Below are positions 7,999 to 15,329 of a stretch of 47,244 nucleotides of DNA, one piece after another. Source of the stretch: an uncultured bacterium (GTDB taxonomy: Bacteria > Fermentibacterota > Fermentibacteria > Fermentibacterales > JCC-6). How positions within the stretch are numbered: the stretch's first letter is position 1; every line of letters starts with the position of its first letter. The position numbers were made by a program, and so were the translations under genes. A model generated the notes under the pieces. It was not told the DNA's origin. It ran no database searches and saw only the letters and a program-made list of their open reading frames with translations. Location of the stretch: contig CAZXEF010000001.1 in the NCBI GenBank assembly GCA_964639605.1, positions 1-47,244 on the forward strand. Reading direction: 5' to 3'.

Positions 7999-8072
7999 AG
8001 AGACTTGTTGGGGCGGTACTGTGGACCATAATTATTGGGATGACGTTGTATAATCTGCGAGGGTTGTACTGA
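7992..8072 (+). CDS. possible 26-aa membrane peptide
   Basis: MLKRLVGAVLWTIIIGMTLYNLRGLY. It overlaps the previous mini-ORF through ATGCTGA. Confidence 0.3.
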   Translation: MLKRLVGAVLWTIIIGMTLYNLRGLY

Positions 8073-8437
8073 AGAGATTAATCATTTTTGTTGCGGGGTA
8101 ATATGGGAGTTCAGTTTGTGATCAGGAAGGATGCTGGTATATGCGGAAGGCGGGGGCCTCACGGCTTAATAATCCAGCAGACTAGAAGTGTATATCAGAG
8201 CAGCATACGACCTGTTTGTGGCTGTATGAACAGGCGAAAGGGGAACGGATAATTATGATGGCGGATGGGCGAAGTCGATTACTGTCAAAATCGCCGTGCT
8301 ATAGTCGCTCTTCCCGCTGCATCACATTGTGTTGATGATTAGCTTTAACCGAAAAGGCTGCAGGTATATCTGTGGCGCCGTTTCTTTTTTCGCCCCCGCA
8401 CCAAAGATGATTAACGCCATAACAAGGAGGAACAACA

Positions 8438-8848
8438 GTGACAAAGAAAAAAGCATCACTCAAACCCACAGTCCAGTGGGACGAAAAGACTATGACGGAA
8501 GTGGCTGTCAAGAAGGGGTTCAAGGATTTCGAGGCCGACCTGCTCAAGGGAATACAGCTCCGGGCCAAGGTCAAGGCCCTCAAGGGCGAGGTTGAGGGGT
8601 TGGAGGATCAGGCGAAAGCCCTGCTGGAGCCTGCGTTCACATTGCTGAAGACAACCCGGATAGGCACTAACGGGCTGGGCGTCCTGTCGTGGAGGAACGG
8701 ATCTTCCCCCGCGCGGGTTGATGGGGTGAAGGTGATAGAGAATCTGGTAACTGCAGGCGTAGACCCGACCGTGGCGCGCAAGGCAGTTGATGACGCCACG
8801 ACTCCCGGCACTCCGTATAAGTATTTTCAATTGACCAATAAAGGATAG
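8438..8848 (+). CDS. hypothetical protein
   Basis: GTG start with an AAGGAGGA RBS 6 nt upstream. 136 aa with a coiled-coil-like centre. Confidence 0.6.
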   Translation: MTKKKASLKPTVQWDEKTMTEVAVKKGFKDFEADLLKGIQLRAKVKALKGEVEGLEDQAKALLEPAFTLLKTTRIGTNGLGVLSWRNGSSPARVDGVKVIENLVTAGVDPTVARKAVDDATTPGTPYKYFQLTNKG

Positions 8849-8860
8849 GGGGAAAAGATT

Positions 8861-9748
8861 ATGAAATGTTTTTATCACTCAGCGGACTTGGACGGTCATT
8901 GTTCTGGAGCAATAATTAAAATGGCATTTCCTGAATGCGATATGATAGGGATCAATTATGGAGACGAATTTCCATGGGACGATATAGGGCCTGATGAATT
9001 AATCTTTATGGTTGATTTTTCCATTCAACCTTTTGAAGGAATGTTGAGGTTAAATCAATCCTGTGGAACGTTGATCTGGATAGATCACCACATATCAGCG
9101 ATTAAAGAATCTGAAGTTTACGGAAATAAATTCTATGGATTACAAAGGGATGGTATAGGAGCCTGTGCCTTAACATGGGAATATACATGGGAATATCTTA
9201 AATCCCTGGGGCATTTTTACACTGAAGATTTTCAAAATATTTCATCCGAAAGTGATCTCCCCACTTTTATAAAGCTTCTCGCTGAGTATGACGTGTGGAA
9301 CCATTCCGACCCAAGAACTCTTTCGTTCCAATACGGGATGAGACAGCAGCCCAATACATGGCCGGATAATCAGGATTTTTGGAACTCCTTATTTGATGTG
9401 GAAGAGGTCCAGAGAATTACCGAAATTGGCGGAACAATACTAAAATATCAATTAGCCGAAAATGAAAAATACTGTTCTGCCTGCGCCTTCGAAACAGAGC
9501 TGGATGGTCTGAAATGTATCGCAATCAATAAGATGCTCACCAACTCGCAGCTATTTAATTCTGTTTGGGACAGCCAAAAATATGATGCCATGCTTACTTT
9601 TGGGTGGCGTAAGGGAAAATGGACAGTATCCCTATATTCCGACAGGGATGATATTGATGTTTCGTCAGTGGCGAAGAAACATGGTGGGGGTGGGCATAAG
9701 GGGGCAGCCGGGTTTCAGTGCGAGTATTTACCATTCAATCTGACTTAG
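8861..9748 (+). CDS. DHH/DHHA1-family phosphoesterase (NrnA/RecJ-like fold)
   Basis: Motifs 'HSADLDGHCS', 'MVDFS', 'WIDHHIS' and the C-terminal 'HGGGGHKGAAGF'. The gene is visibly more AT-rich than its neighbours. Confidence 0.8.
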   Translation: MKCFYHSADLDGHCSGAIIKMAFPECDMIGINYGDEFPWDDIGPDELIFMVDFSIQPFEGMLRLNQSCGTLIWIDHHISAIKESEVYGNKFYGLQRDGIGACALTWEYTWEYLKSLGHFYTEDFQNISSESDLPTFIKLLAEYDVWNHSDPRTLSFQYGMRQQPNTWPDNQDFWNSLFDVEEVQRITEIGGTILKYQLAENEKYCSACAFETELDGLKCIAINKMLTNSQLFNSVWDSQKYDAMLTFGWRKGKWTVSLYSDRDDIDVSSVAKKHGGGGHKGAAGFQCEYLPFNLT

Positions 9749-9769
9749 CCTCGACATTGCCAGAAAGTA

Positions 9770-9785
9770 GGGGCCGAAAGGCCCC
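9770..9785. terminator. GC hairpin between convergent genes (bidirectional terminator candidate)
   Basis: GGGGCC-GAAA-GGCCCC lies between the + gene ending at 9748 and the - gene ending at 9791. Confidence 0.55.
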
Positions 9786-9790
9786 CACCC

Positions 9791-10324
9791 TCACATATCG
9801 TCTGGTATTGATCCTTTGGTTTTGTAGCGCCAAACTCGCATATATTCTCTGCGCCATTCCTTATTCTTCTTGCGGTATTCAGCCGCGCGCTTCTTCTTCT
9901 TAATATCACTGACCTCAGAGTCGAACCTGTCCCAGTTCATGTTCTGTAATCTCTGGGCCACGCTGTCCAATTCCCGGCGCAGAATGTCCTTCAGTATTGC
10001 TAGATCAACCTCATCCAGCGCGGATACCGGGCAAGGCCCGCACACAAACAGCCTGTCTAGGTCTGAATTTTCAACTATCCCGAACGGGACTCCCTCTGCA
10101 AGCATGTTCCACGCGCGAAGCCCGGCACACTGGTTAGCAACACATCCATACTTGGTAAGTCTGGCATTAAAACCCTCGCAGCGGAACAGGGTATTCAAGT
10201 CCCATTCGTCCCACTGCTCAAGGGTAGTAGGGCCGTCGCTATTCTGCGGCTGCGCTGCTTGGGGCAAGACTAGCGGCCTTTTTCTTGCCCTTCTTTCCTC
10301 CTCCACCTGTTCCGGCGGAGCCAC
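9791..10324 (-). CDS. hypothetical Cys-rich protein with a basic C-terminus
   Basis: 177-aa ORF with several Cys (CEGF..C..C..CGPC) and a KKKKRAAEYRKKNKEWRR tail. The start is uncertain because the ATG at 10324 overlaps the upstream gene by 86 nt. Confidence 0.55.
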   Translation of the reverse strand: MAPPEQVEEERRARKRPLVLPQAAQPQNSDGPTTLEQWDEWDLNTLFRCEGFNARLTKYGCVANQCAGLRAWNMLAEGVPFGIVENSDLDRLFVCGPCPVSALDEVDLAILKDILRRELDSVAQRLQNMNWDRFDSEVSDIKKKKRAAEYRKKNKEWRREYMRVWRYKTKGSIPDDM

Positions 10325-10796
10325 TTTTATTGTTGGCCGTCTTTTTTCCCTTCGGTTTGAGCTTGGGCGCGGGCTTGGGAGCAGACTTGGTAAGCTCCTT
10401 TCCCAGCTTGGCGCGGGCCTCGTCCATCACCTTATCGAAACACTCAGTGATTTTAATGGCGTCGGCATCGCCCTGCTTAACGTCGTGGACCAGACCTGCA
10501 GCCTGCTTGAGATCGAAGTAGGTCAACTGGTGCTCACTGTGAGACACGCTCCGTGAGGCCCTGATCATAAGGTTCATAAGCAGGGAATTGGCCATTCCTC
10601 GCTTGGCCATCGGTATTCCGGACAGGTCAAATCTCAGAGTGTCGCTGTCCGCGCCCGCATTCTCGATTGTGATTCCGAGCCTGCCCAGTTCGCGGGTACA
10701 GCGCGCGAACAGTACGTCTGCGTTAGTGGTTTTGGTGATGCTGATAACTTTACCAGCGCTGTCATTCTTTTTTAAAGTCGGTTCTACGTTTGCCAT
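10239..10796 (-). CDS. hypothetical protein with a Lys/Gly-rich tail
   Basis: Start taken at MANVEPT (ATG 10796) behind a GAGGAGAAAGGAAG RBS. The C-terminus is KPKGKKTANNKSG..GGGGKKGKKK. Confidence 0.55.
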   Translation of the reverse strand: MANVEPTLKKNDSAGKVISITKTTNADVLFARCTRELGRLGITIENAGADSDTLRFDLSGIPMAKRGMANSLLMNLMIRASRSVSHSEHQLTYFDLKQAAGLVHDVKQGDADAIKITECFDKVMDEARAKLGKELTKSAPKPAPKLKPKGKKTANNKSGSAGTGGGGKKGKKKAASLAPSSAAAE

Positions 10797-10902
10797 AGAA
10801 AAGCTTCCTTTCTCCTCTGTTGAGGACTTAAAATGTTGATACATACCAGACCTGCCGAATTAGAGCAGGCCCGGTTAAATAGGTGAATAGTAGATACAGA
10901 TC

Positions 10903-11118
10903 CTATCCTCCTTTCTTATTGGGATACTTGTAGACATTCAGCCCAATAATTACGCCCGGAATAGCTGTTCCTTCGACAGCCTTGTTTCCGCACGTGCTGG
11001 CGATCTTTATAGTTTTGCCAGACGCGCTTTTCCCGAACTCCTTATTGAGGTCCACCATTATGGTCAAAATTTCGCCCTGCTCGACCATATAGTCAACGTT
11101 GTCTCCTACTAATGGCAT
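10903..11118 (-). CDS. hypothetical protein
   Basis: 71 aa with a GGAGGCGGAG RBS. It overlaps the upstream gene end. Confidence 0.55.
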   Translation of the reverse strand: MPLVGDNVDYMVEQGEILTIMVDLNKEFGKSASGKTIKIASTCGNKAVEGTAIPGVIIGLNVYKYPNKKGG

Positions 11119-11606
11119 GTTTCTCCGCCTCCTTTCTCTCCCATTTCCATAAGCTCGATGATCTTTTCTTTCATCTCTTCGGGCATCCCTTCGGGCAGAT
11201 CATCGATGTTGTCAACTATTTTTACAGAAGGGCCAAAGCCCCCGCCGAGTCCTGCTGCTTCCATGGCTTCTCTCCTGACGGCAGCCATAACAACCATATG
11301 GACCAGAAGGTGGATTAGTTTGCCGAACGCCTCTTCCTTGGTAGTGACCTTTCTACCCTCTGGGCAGACAGCGAACACTGAACACTCTTTGCAGTTTTCG
11401 AGGTATATTTCGGATACCTCCTCCAGAGCGTCGTACAGGATTTTTGGGAAAGTCAGGTTAGTGAAAACGGTAGTATGCTCATCCTTGTCCTCGCCCTTTG
11501 TCATCGCTTCCATTTCGTTTTTCAGGGCTGAGAGGCTCAGAGCACGGACCAGCGCCTCGCCGATTTCCGGCCTTTCTAATAACTCATTAACGTATTTTTT
11601 AGACAT
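11109..11606 (-). CDS. hypothetical acidic protein
   Basis: 165 aa with a GCGGAGGAAAC RBS, directly downstream of a sigma70-like promoter. Confidence 0.6.
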   Translation of the reverse strand: MSKKYVNELLERPEIGEALVRALSLSALKNEMEAMTKGEDKDEHTTVFTNLTFPKILYDALEEVSEIYLENCKECSVFAVCPEGRKVTTKEEAFGKLIHLLVHMVVMAAVRREAMEAAGLGGGFGPSVKIVDNIDDLPEGMPEEMKEKIIELMEMGEKGGGETCH

Positions 11607-11627
11607 GTTTCCTCCGCAGAAAGTTAA

Positions 11628-11656
11628 ATTTTATCATGTAGGAGCAGCCTTGTCAA
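11628..11656 (-). promoter_or_regulatory. sigma70-type promoter with extended -10 (leftward)
   Basis: The minus strand reads TTGACA, a 17-nt spacer, then TGaTAAAAT. The -10 ends about 20 nt before the ATG at 11606. Confidence 0.6.
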
Positions 11657-11678
11657 GTACCCACTCCAGCCCCAGCCT

Positions 11679-11807
11679 TTAGTCTCTATCACCCCCTTTT
11701 GTAGTGTTTTCGTCTTTCACCAGCCCGCACCGGACGTCTTCTTCATACATCCTCTGGGCATGGTATTTAGCAAGTTCTTTACTCTGGCCGTCGACCACAG
11801 CGCACAT
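11679..11807 (-). CDS. possible 42-aa protein
   Basis: MCAVVDGQSKELAKYHAQRMYEEDVRCGLVKDENTTKGGDRD fills the 11607-11893 gap. The RBS is weak and it is below the ORF-track cut-off. Confidence 0.25.
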   Translation of the reverse strand: MCAVVDGQSKELAKYHAQRMYEEDVRCGLVKDENTTKGGDRD

Positions 11808-11893
11808 TCCAACGATCGGATGAACGAAACGCGGGTATACGGCCCACCGACAATCACCTGAGCCTCGGCCTCAGCCTATTTCGTAGCGTGAAT

Positions 11894-12268
11894 TCATTCT
11901 TCTAGCTCTACCTCCAACAGTCCCTGCAGGAACATCAGTTCCTTGTTGGCCAGTTCCCGGCACTCTCCGCACTCGGCCCAGTAAGGAATAGCACGCCCGT
12001 GAGCACATACCTGATGGTCTCTCCATTCTTCCCACGGCGATCCTACGCATCCTTCCATGCCGGTATACTCAAACACAGGACATCGATTCTTCCGACTATT
12101 AGCCCCGCAGTCCCAGCCATAGTGCTGGCATAGTTCGCAGTCCCAGCTACAGTGCTGGCACAGTTCGCAATTATCCGACATATTATCACAGCCCAGCCCA
12201 ACAGCAATCTTACTCCATTTCTGTACGGACAGCCGCAATAACTCTATCCTTTCTTTCCTCGATGTCAT
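11894..12268 (-). CDS. Cys-rich (metal-binding-like) hypothetical protein
   Basis: 124 aa with a GGGAGGA RBS and an ATGA overlap with the upstream gene. It contains the duplicated 'CELCQH(C/Y)(S/G)WDC' unit. Confidence 0.65.
   Translation of the reverse strand: MTSRKERIELLRLSVQKWSKIAVGLGCDNMSDNCELCQHCSWDCELCQHYGWDCGANSRKNRCPVFEYTGMEGCVGSPWEEWRDHQVCAHGRAIPYWAECGECRELANKELMFLQGLLEVELEE
12107..12166 (-). repeat. 30-bp tandem duplication inside the Cys-rich gene
   Basis: 12107-12136 and 12137-12166 match at 27 of 30 positions (gcagtcccagcYaYagtgctggcaYagttc). The two copies encode the two CELCQHxxWD units. Confidence 0.85.
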
Positions 12269-12513
12269 TCCTCCCTCGCTTTCTGCAGACGCTTCTCTGC
12301 CTTAATACGGTTCCTTTCCATCTGCCGACGTCGGCGCTCCTTCTCCTTGTTTCCCTGATGGTGCACGCGCGCAACCACTTTAACCTTGGGCGCGGGTGCT
12401 GGCCTCGGCTCAATGTCTGGCCGGATTATCGGGACAGTGGTTAGCCCCATCCTCAGCGCCTCGCCCATGTTGCGCACCACCAAAATCCTTCCGCTCTTCT
12501 CTCTGTCATCCAT
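12265..12513 (-). CDS. hypothetical protein with a basic C-terminus
   Basis: 82 aa with an AGGAGG RBS 9 nt upstream. It is the first gene after sigma54 promoter A. Confidence 0.6.
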   Translation of the reverse strand: MDDREKSGRILVVRNMGEALRMGLTTVPIIRPDIEPRPAPAPKVKVVARVHHQGNKEKERRRRQMERNRIKAEKRLQKAREE

Positions 12514-12539
12514 GTATCAAAACCTCCTACCTAAAAGAA

Positions 12540-12556
12540 ATGCAAGTTCCGTGCCA
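12540..12556 (-). promoter_or_regulatory. sigma54 (-24/-12) promoter A
   Basis: The minus strand reads TGGCACGGAACTTGCAT, an exact match to TGGCAC-N5-TTGCW. It is intergenic, and the predicted +1 near 12530 is about 17 nt before the ATG at 12513. Confidence 0.75.
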
Positions 12557-12569
12557 TAACCCATTTCAA

Positions 12570-12598
12570 CGAAGGCCCGCGTCGGACGGGCACCTTCG
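12570..12598. repeat. conserved GC-rich hairpin, copy A
   Basis: cgaaggcccgcgtcggacgggcaccttcg. It shares the CCCG(C)GTCSGACG(C)GGG core with copies at 13944, 15272, 16425 and 16530. Confidence 0.6.
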
Positions 12599-12627
12599 GC
12601 TCTGCCATTAACGCTAATTGCTGCAGG

Positions 12628-12667
12628 TGTGGTTCCCTTGCCACATTGGTGTGGTTCCGGTACCACA
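12628..12667. promoter_or_regulatory. paired 18-bp palindromes, enhancer/UAS candidate for promoter A
   Basis: TGTGGTTCCCTTGCCACA (12628-12645) and TGTGGTTCCGGTACCACA (12650-12667), with centres 22 bp apart. Confidence 0.6.
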
Positions 12668-12671
12668 TATC

Positions 12672-13292
12672 TCATCCACAAAAGGTTCCTATATAAACAC
12701 CGTCGTGAATTCCCGGCCAAGACAGCATTGGAATACGCGGTGCGCTCTCATCCACTTCAAAATTTCCACAAAAATATTCAGTGGCTGTACACCCGAACAT
12801 TTCCCCTATGTATATGACTGGGCCTCCCCAATGCCTGCATGCAGCCTCGAAGGAAGGATTGTCATACGGGGGCCACGATGCCAGCAGTATGTCTGCCCAA
12901 TCCCCGAACCTTCTAACTGCCTTGATAGCAGATGCTCTTTCTACTTCATGCACCAGTTTCATACGGTTGTGCTTCCAGCTAGATTCGAAATTGTCAGTGG
13001 CCTTTATATTAACCCCAAATTCGGACAGGGCCTTAGCAATCCAGCCCCGGCCCGCCATAATTTCAAGAACTCGTTTTCCGCCGATAAATTCTGATAGCAC
13101 CTTGGTCCAGTTCAGATCGACTATGCACCATGCTCCTAGATCATTAGCTTTATAGCGATACTTCATGTTATCCGAATAATGGCTAATTCTCCCTCCCCAA
13201 GTAGCGATCTCCGGCGGAAGCGGGGGAACTACACCAAGCCTCAAGTGGGCCACGTATTTACGATCACTTATCCTATTTATTCCATCCTTCAT
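12672..13292 (-). CDS. class I SAM-dependent methyltransferase (substrate unknown, possibly DNA)
   Basis: 'KRVLEIMAGRGWIAKALSEFG' looks like SAM-binding motif I. The later 'LLASWPPYDN' loosely resembles the (D/N/S)PP(Y/F) motif IV. Confidence 0.6.
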   Translation of the reverse strand: MKDGINRISDRKYVAHLRLGVVPPLPPEIATWGGRISHYSDNMKYRYKANDLGAWCIVDLNWTKVLSEFIGGKRVLEIMAGRGWIAKALSEFGVNIKATDNFESSWKHNRMKLVHEVERASAIKAVRRFGDWADILLASWPPYDNPSFEAACRHWGGPVIYIGEMFGCTATEYFCGNFEVDESAPRIPMLSWPGIHDGVYIGTFCG

Positions 13293-13488
13293 TTATGGCT
13301 ATCTCCCTTGTTACATTGAAATCGTTGTCGCATTCACGCCCGGCCCGGAAGTCCTCTTCGGTGATATAACTGTCGCACTCACCTTCGGCCTTCAAGTCCT
13401 CGACATCGAAGTCCAGTTCGGTCCCGATCGTCCACATGTTTACCAGAACTCCATCCTCGTCCGTCAGTATCAGTTTGTACCGTGCCAT
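13273..13488 (-). CDS. hypothetical acidic protein
   Basis: Start trimmed to MARYKLIL (ATG 13488) behind an AGGAGAG RBS, 10 nt after the upstream stop. Confidence 0.55.
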   Translation of the reverse strand: MARYKLILTDEDGVLVNMWTIGTELDFDVEDLKAEGECDSYITEEDFRAGRECDNDFNVTREIAINEGWNK

Positions 13489-13498
13489 AACATCTCTC

Positions 13499-13927
13499 CT
13501 ATTCCAGCACCTCGACTGCCTCGAAGGCCACAACACTGGGTTTAATCGCGTAAACACCGGGACTGCTGCCCTTGTAAATTTCGCCGTCGGAATTATAGTC
13601 AAGGTAGAGTCTATCTATTGAAGCATTGACCCGCCAGAAAATCGCTGGACTGTAAGTCGGGGAGCCTACTCCTCGAACCGACACTATCTTAGCCATGTCG
13701 TCTAACCTGTACTGCCCAATGAAATGCTCGGCAGCGTTCGTGTCGACGAAACAGAGAATGCCCACCGAATCCGGAACAGCCTTCACTATTTTTCCCTTAG
13801 GATAGCGCGGGTAATACCGAATAATTTCGCGGGCAATACTGCGCCTGTCAATCTTTCTGTTCCTCGTCTGTATTAGCCAGTTGCTACAGTCCCTTTTCTT
13901 CTTCCCTACTACCTTGTATGCTATCAC
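13499..13927 (-). CDS. hypothetical protein
   Basis: GTG start at 13927 with an AAGGAG RBS. 142 aa. Confidence 0.55.
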   Translation of the reverse strand: MIAYKVVGKKKRDCSNWLIQTRNRKIDRRSIAREIIRYYPRYPKGKIVKAVPDSVGILCFVDTNAAEHFIGQYRLDDMAKIVSVRGVGSPTYSPAIFWRVNASIDRLYLDYNSDGEIYKGSSPGVYAIKPSVVAFEAVEVLE

Positions 13928-13943
13928 TTGTTAATCTCCTTTC

Positions 13944-13966
13944 GAGGCCCGCGTCCGACGGACCTC
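13944..13966. repeat. conserved GC-rich hairpin, copy D (intercistronic)
   Basis: gaggcccgcgtccgacggacctc forms an 8-bp stem with a 7-nt loop. It lies exactly between the stop at 13967 and the next RBS. Confidence 0.6.
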
Positions 13967-14167
13967 TCATTCTGCGCTTACAGTGCTTACGTGCCAGCAA
14001 TACACCTCGTCATAATTACAAGCGTCATAGGATTCAGGCCCGTGCTTCGAAATCACTCTCCGCTTGTCCTCTCCCTGCAATTCGCGCTGTTTAGTATAGG
14101 CCTTGGCCAGATCGTCTAATACTACTGCCTTAGGCTCATTGTTACAAAATATGATGTGTGCTTTCAT
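13967..14167 (-). CDS. hypothetical protein
   Basis: 66 aa with an ATGA overlap with the upstream gene. Confidence 0.55.
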   Translation of the reverse strand: MKAHIIFCNNEPKAVVLDDLAKAYTKQRELQGEDKRRVISKHGPESYDACNYDEVYCWHVSTVSAE

Positions 14168-14835
14168 CGCTCATCCCCCTTCCCTACCCTGTCTATAAGC
14201 CTACTTGATAGTGATGCAATGTCCTGCATCCTGATGTTCGGTGAGTTTCTTTCTGAGACAGTAGCTAGCTTATTGATCTTGTGCAATCCTGTCAGCAAGT
14301 CGTTGGTAAACATTTCTCCTGTCTCCCTTTCTGCCATGGAATAGGGTGCAAGGTTTCCGTCTTCCTCAAACTCAAACTCATTGACCCTGATCGTCTCGAT
14401 TACGGCTTCACGGCTCAGTAGATATTCCCACTCACCCTTTAGCATGTAGAAATAGCATCGGTTAATGGCTCGCAAAAACTCTACATCGATGTCGCTAAAA
14501 TCAGGGTCCTCGTCTGTGGGTGTTTCACCCTTCCGCGCCGTATACCTCTCCTTGAAGAGCAATGCTGTTTTGTAGGTCTCTGTTTCCTTGCCATGCTCCG
14601 CGAGTATAGCATCAACAGTGTCAATACCTGACTTCACAAAATTGGCATACAGCGTGAACCTGTTAAGGTCAAACTCGTCGATTATAAGGTGGATATTCTT
14701 AGCGTCCTCATACACTGTGTCCCACCATCCATGCCCGATGTTGATGTATGAATGATCGCGGATTGCCTCTTCCTGCGCGTCCTCGGTGAGGTCGTCGAAA
14801 TTATAAAGTGTCTTTGTTATAGTAATCATCCTCAT
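14164..14835 (-). CDS. hypothetical, strongly acidic protein
   Basis: 223 aa with a TAAAGGAGGAAAA RBS. It is D/E-rich throughout. Confidence 0.65.
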   Translation of the reverse strand: MRMITITKTLYNFDDLTEDAQEEAIRDHSYINIGHGWWDTVYEDAKNIHLIIDEFDLNRFTLYANFVKSGIDTVDAILAEHGKETETYKTALLFKERYTARKGETPTDEDPDFSDIDVEFLRAINRCYFYMLKGEWEYLLSREAVIETIRVNEFEFEEDGNLAPYSMAERETGEMFTNDLLTGLHKINKLATVSERNSPNIRMQDIASLSSRLIDRVGKGDER

Positions 14836-14998
14836 AGTTTTCCTCCTTTACTGGACTGGTAATTCTGTCTAGTGAACGTTTATCGTGCCAAACGTAGTCC
14901 CTGCACCTGTCGCACCAATACCACGCTCCGGGTCCAGTGCTGTGGTCAAGAAACGCTTGGCATCCACAATGGGGGCATTGAATGCTAGCGCATATCAC
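14801..14998 (-). CDS. small Zn-ribbon protein
   Basis: GTG start. 'CPHCGC...(17)...CDRCRDY' provides two CxxC pairs. Confidence 0.55.
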   Translation of the reverse strand: MICASIQCPHCGCQAFLDHSTGPGAWYWCDRCRDYVWHDKRSLDRITSPVKEENYEDDYYNKDTL

Positions 14999-15128
14999 GG
15001 TTTCTCCCCCTTTCCCGGCACCTCTGGATGTTCCGCTTGGTGATTCTCTCGAAATTGCAGAACACTAAGACTAGCGCAATCAGCGCCAGCAGGTCCATTC
15101 CGATAAATGCAAACAACAGTGATTTCAT
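14985..15128 (-). CDS. 47-aa single-pass membrane protein
   Basis: MKSLLFAFIGMDLLALIALVLVFCNFERITKRNIQRCRERGRNRDMR with an AAGGAGG RBS 7 nt upstream. It is below the ORF-track cut-off and I found it by reading the strand. Confidence 0.5.
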   Translation of the reverse strand: MKSLLFAFIGMDLLALIALVLVFCNFERITKRNIQRCRERGRNRDMR

Positions 15129-15187
15129 GGCGTCACCTCCTTAATAGTACGTCGAGAGTGGCCGGGCTTTCCCCGGCCTGTCGACAT
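15125..15187 (-). CDS. possible 20-aa leader peptide, translationally coupled
   Basis: MSTGRGKPGHSRRTIKEVTP with a GGGAGGA RBS. Its TGA overlaps the ATG of the membrane-protein gene (ATGA). The ORF spans a GGCCGGG-GAAA-GCCCGGCC hairpin. Confidence 0.25.
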   Translation of the reverse strand: MSTGRGKPGHSRRTIKEVTP

Positions 15188-15242
15188 GACATCCTCCCGA
15201 ACATGGGTTGATATTGGGCCATCGGCCCTATACCTAAAAGAA

Positions 15243-15259
15243 ATGCAAGGCGCGTGCCA
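15243..15259 (-). promoter_or_regulatory. sigma54 (-24/-12) promoter B
   Basis: The minus strand reads TGGCACGCGCCTTGCAT. It has the same downstream context as copy A (TTGCATTTCTTTTAGGTA). Intergenic. Confidence 0.75.
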
Positions 15260-15271
15260 CAACGGATTAAA

Positions 15272-15302
15272 GCGAAGACCCGCGTCCGTCGCGGGCTTTC
15301 GC
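15272..15302. repeat. conserved GC-rich hairpin, copy B
   Basis: gcgaagacccgcgtccgtcgcgggctttcgc forms a stem of about 13 bp. It lies between the UAS pair and promoter B, as in copy A. Confidence 0.6.
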
Positions 15303-15329
15303 CTCTTCAGTTACCGTTTGTGCTATGAT

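Noticed and set aside
8103-8252. A 49-aa basic ORF (MGVQFVIRKDAGICGRRGPHG...) in the 8.1-8.4 kb gap.
   Set aside because: It has a weak RBS, unremarkable composition and no coupling to neighbours. Support is too weak to list it as a feature, so the region is reported as unexplained instead.
12396-12611. Plus-strand ORFs 12396..12611, 15186..15587 and 16326..16649, which share 'RRPAS(D/V)G'-like peptides and look like a small paralogous protein family.
   Set aside because: The shared peptide comes from translating the repeated sigma54-promoter and hairpin DNA. The ORFs have no RBS and cross regulatory elements, so this is a DNA repeat and not a protein family.
12628-12667. Reading the palindromes as NifA-type UAS sites (TGT-N10-ACA).
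   Set aside because: These sites are TGT-N12-ACA with extended TGTGGT/ACCACA arms, so the spacing differs from the NifA consensus. I leave the cognate activator unassigned.
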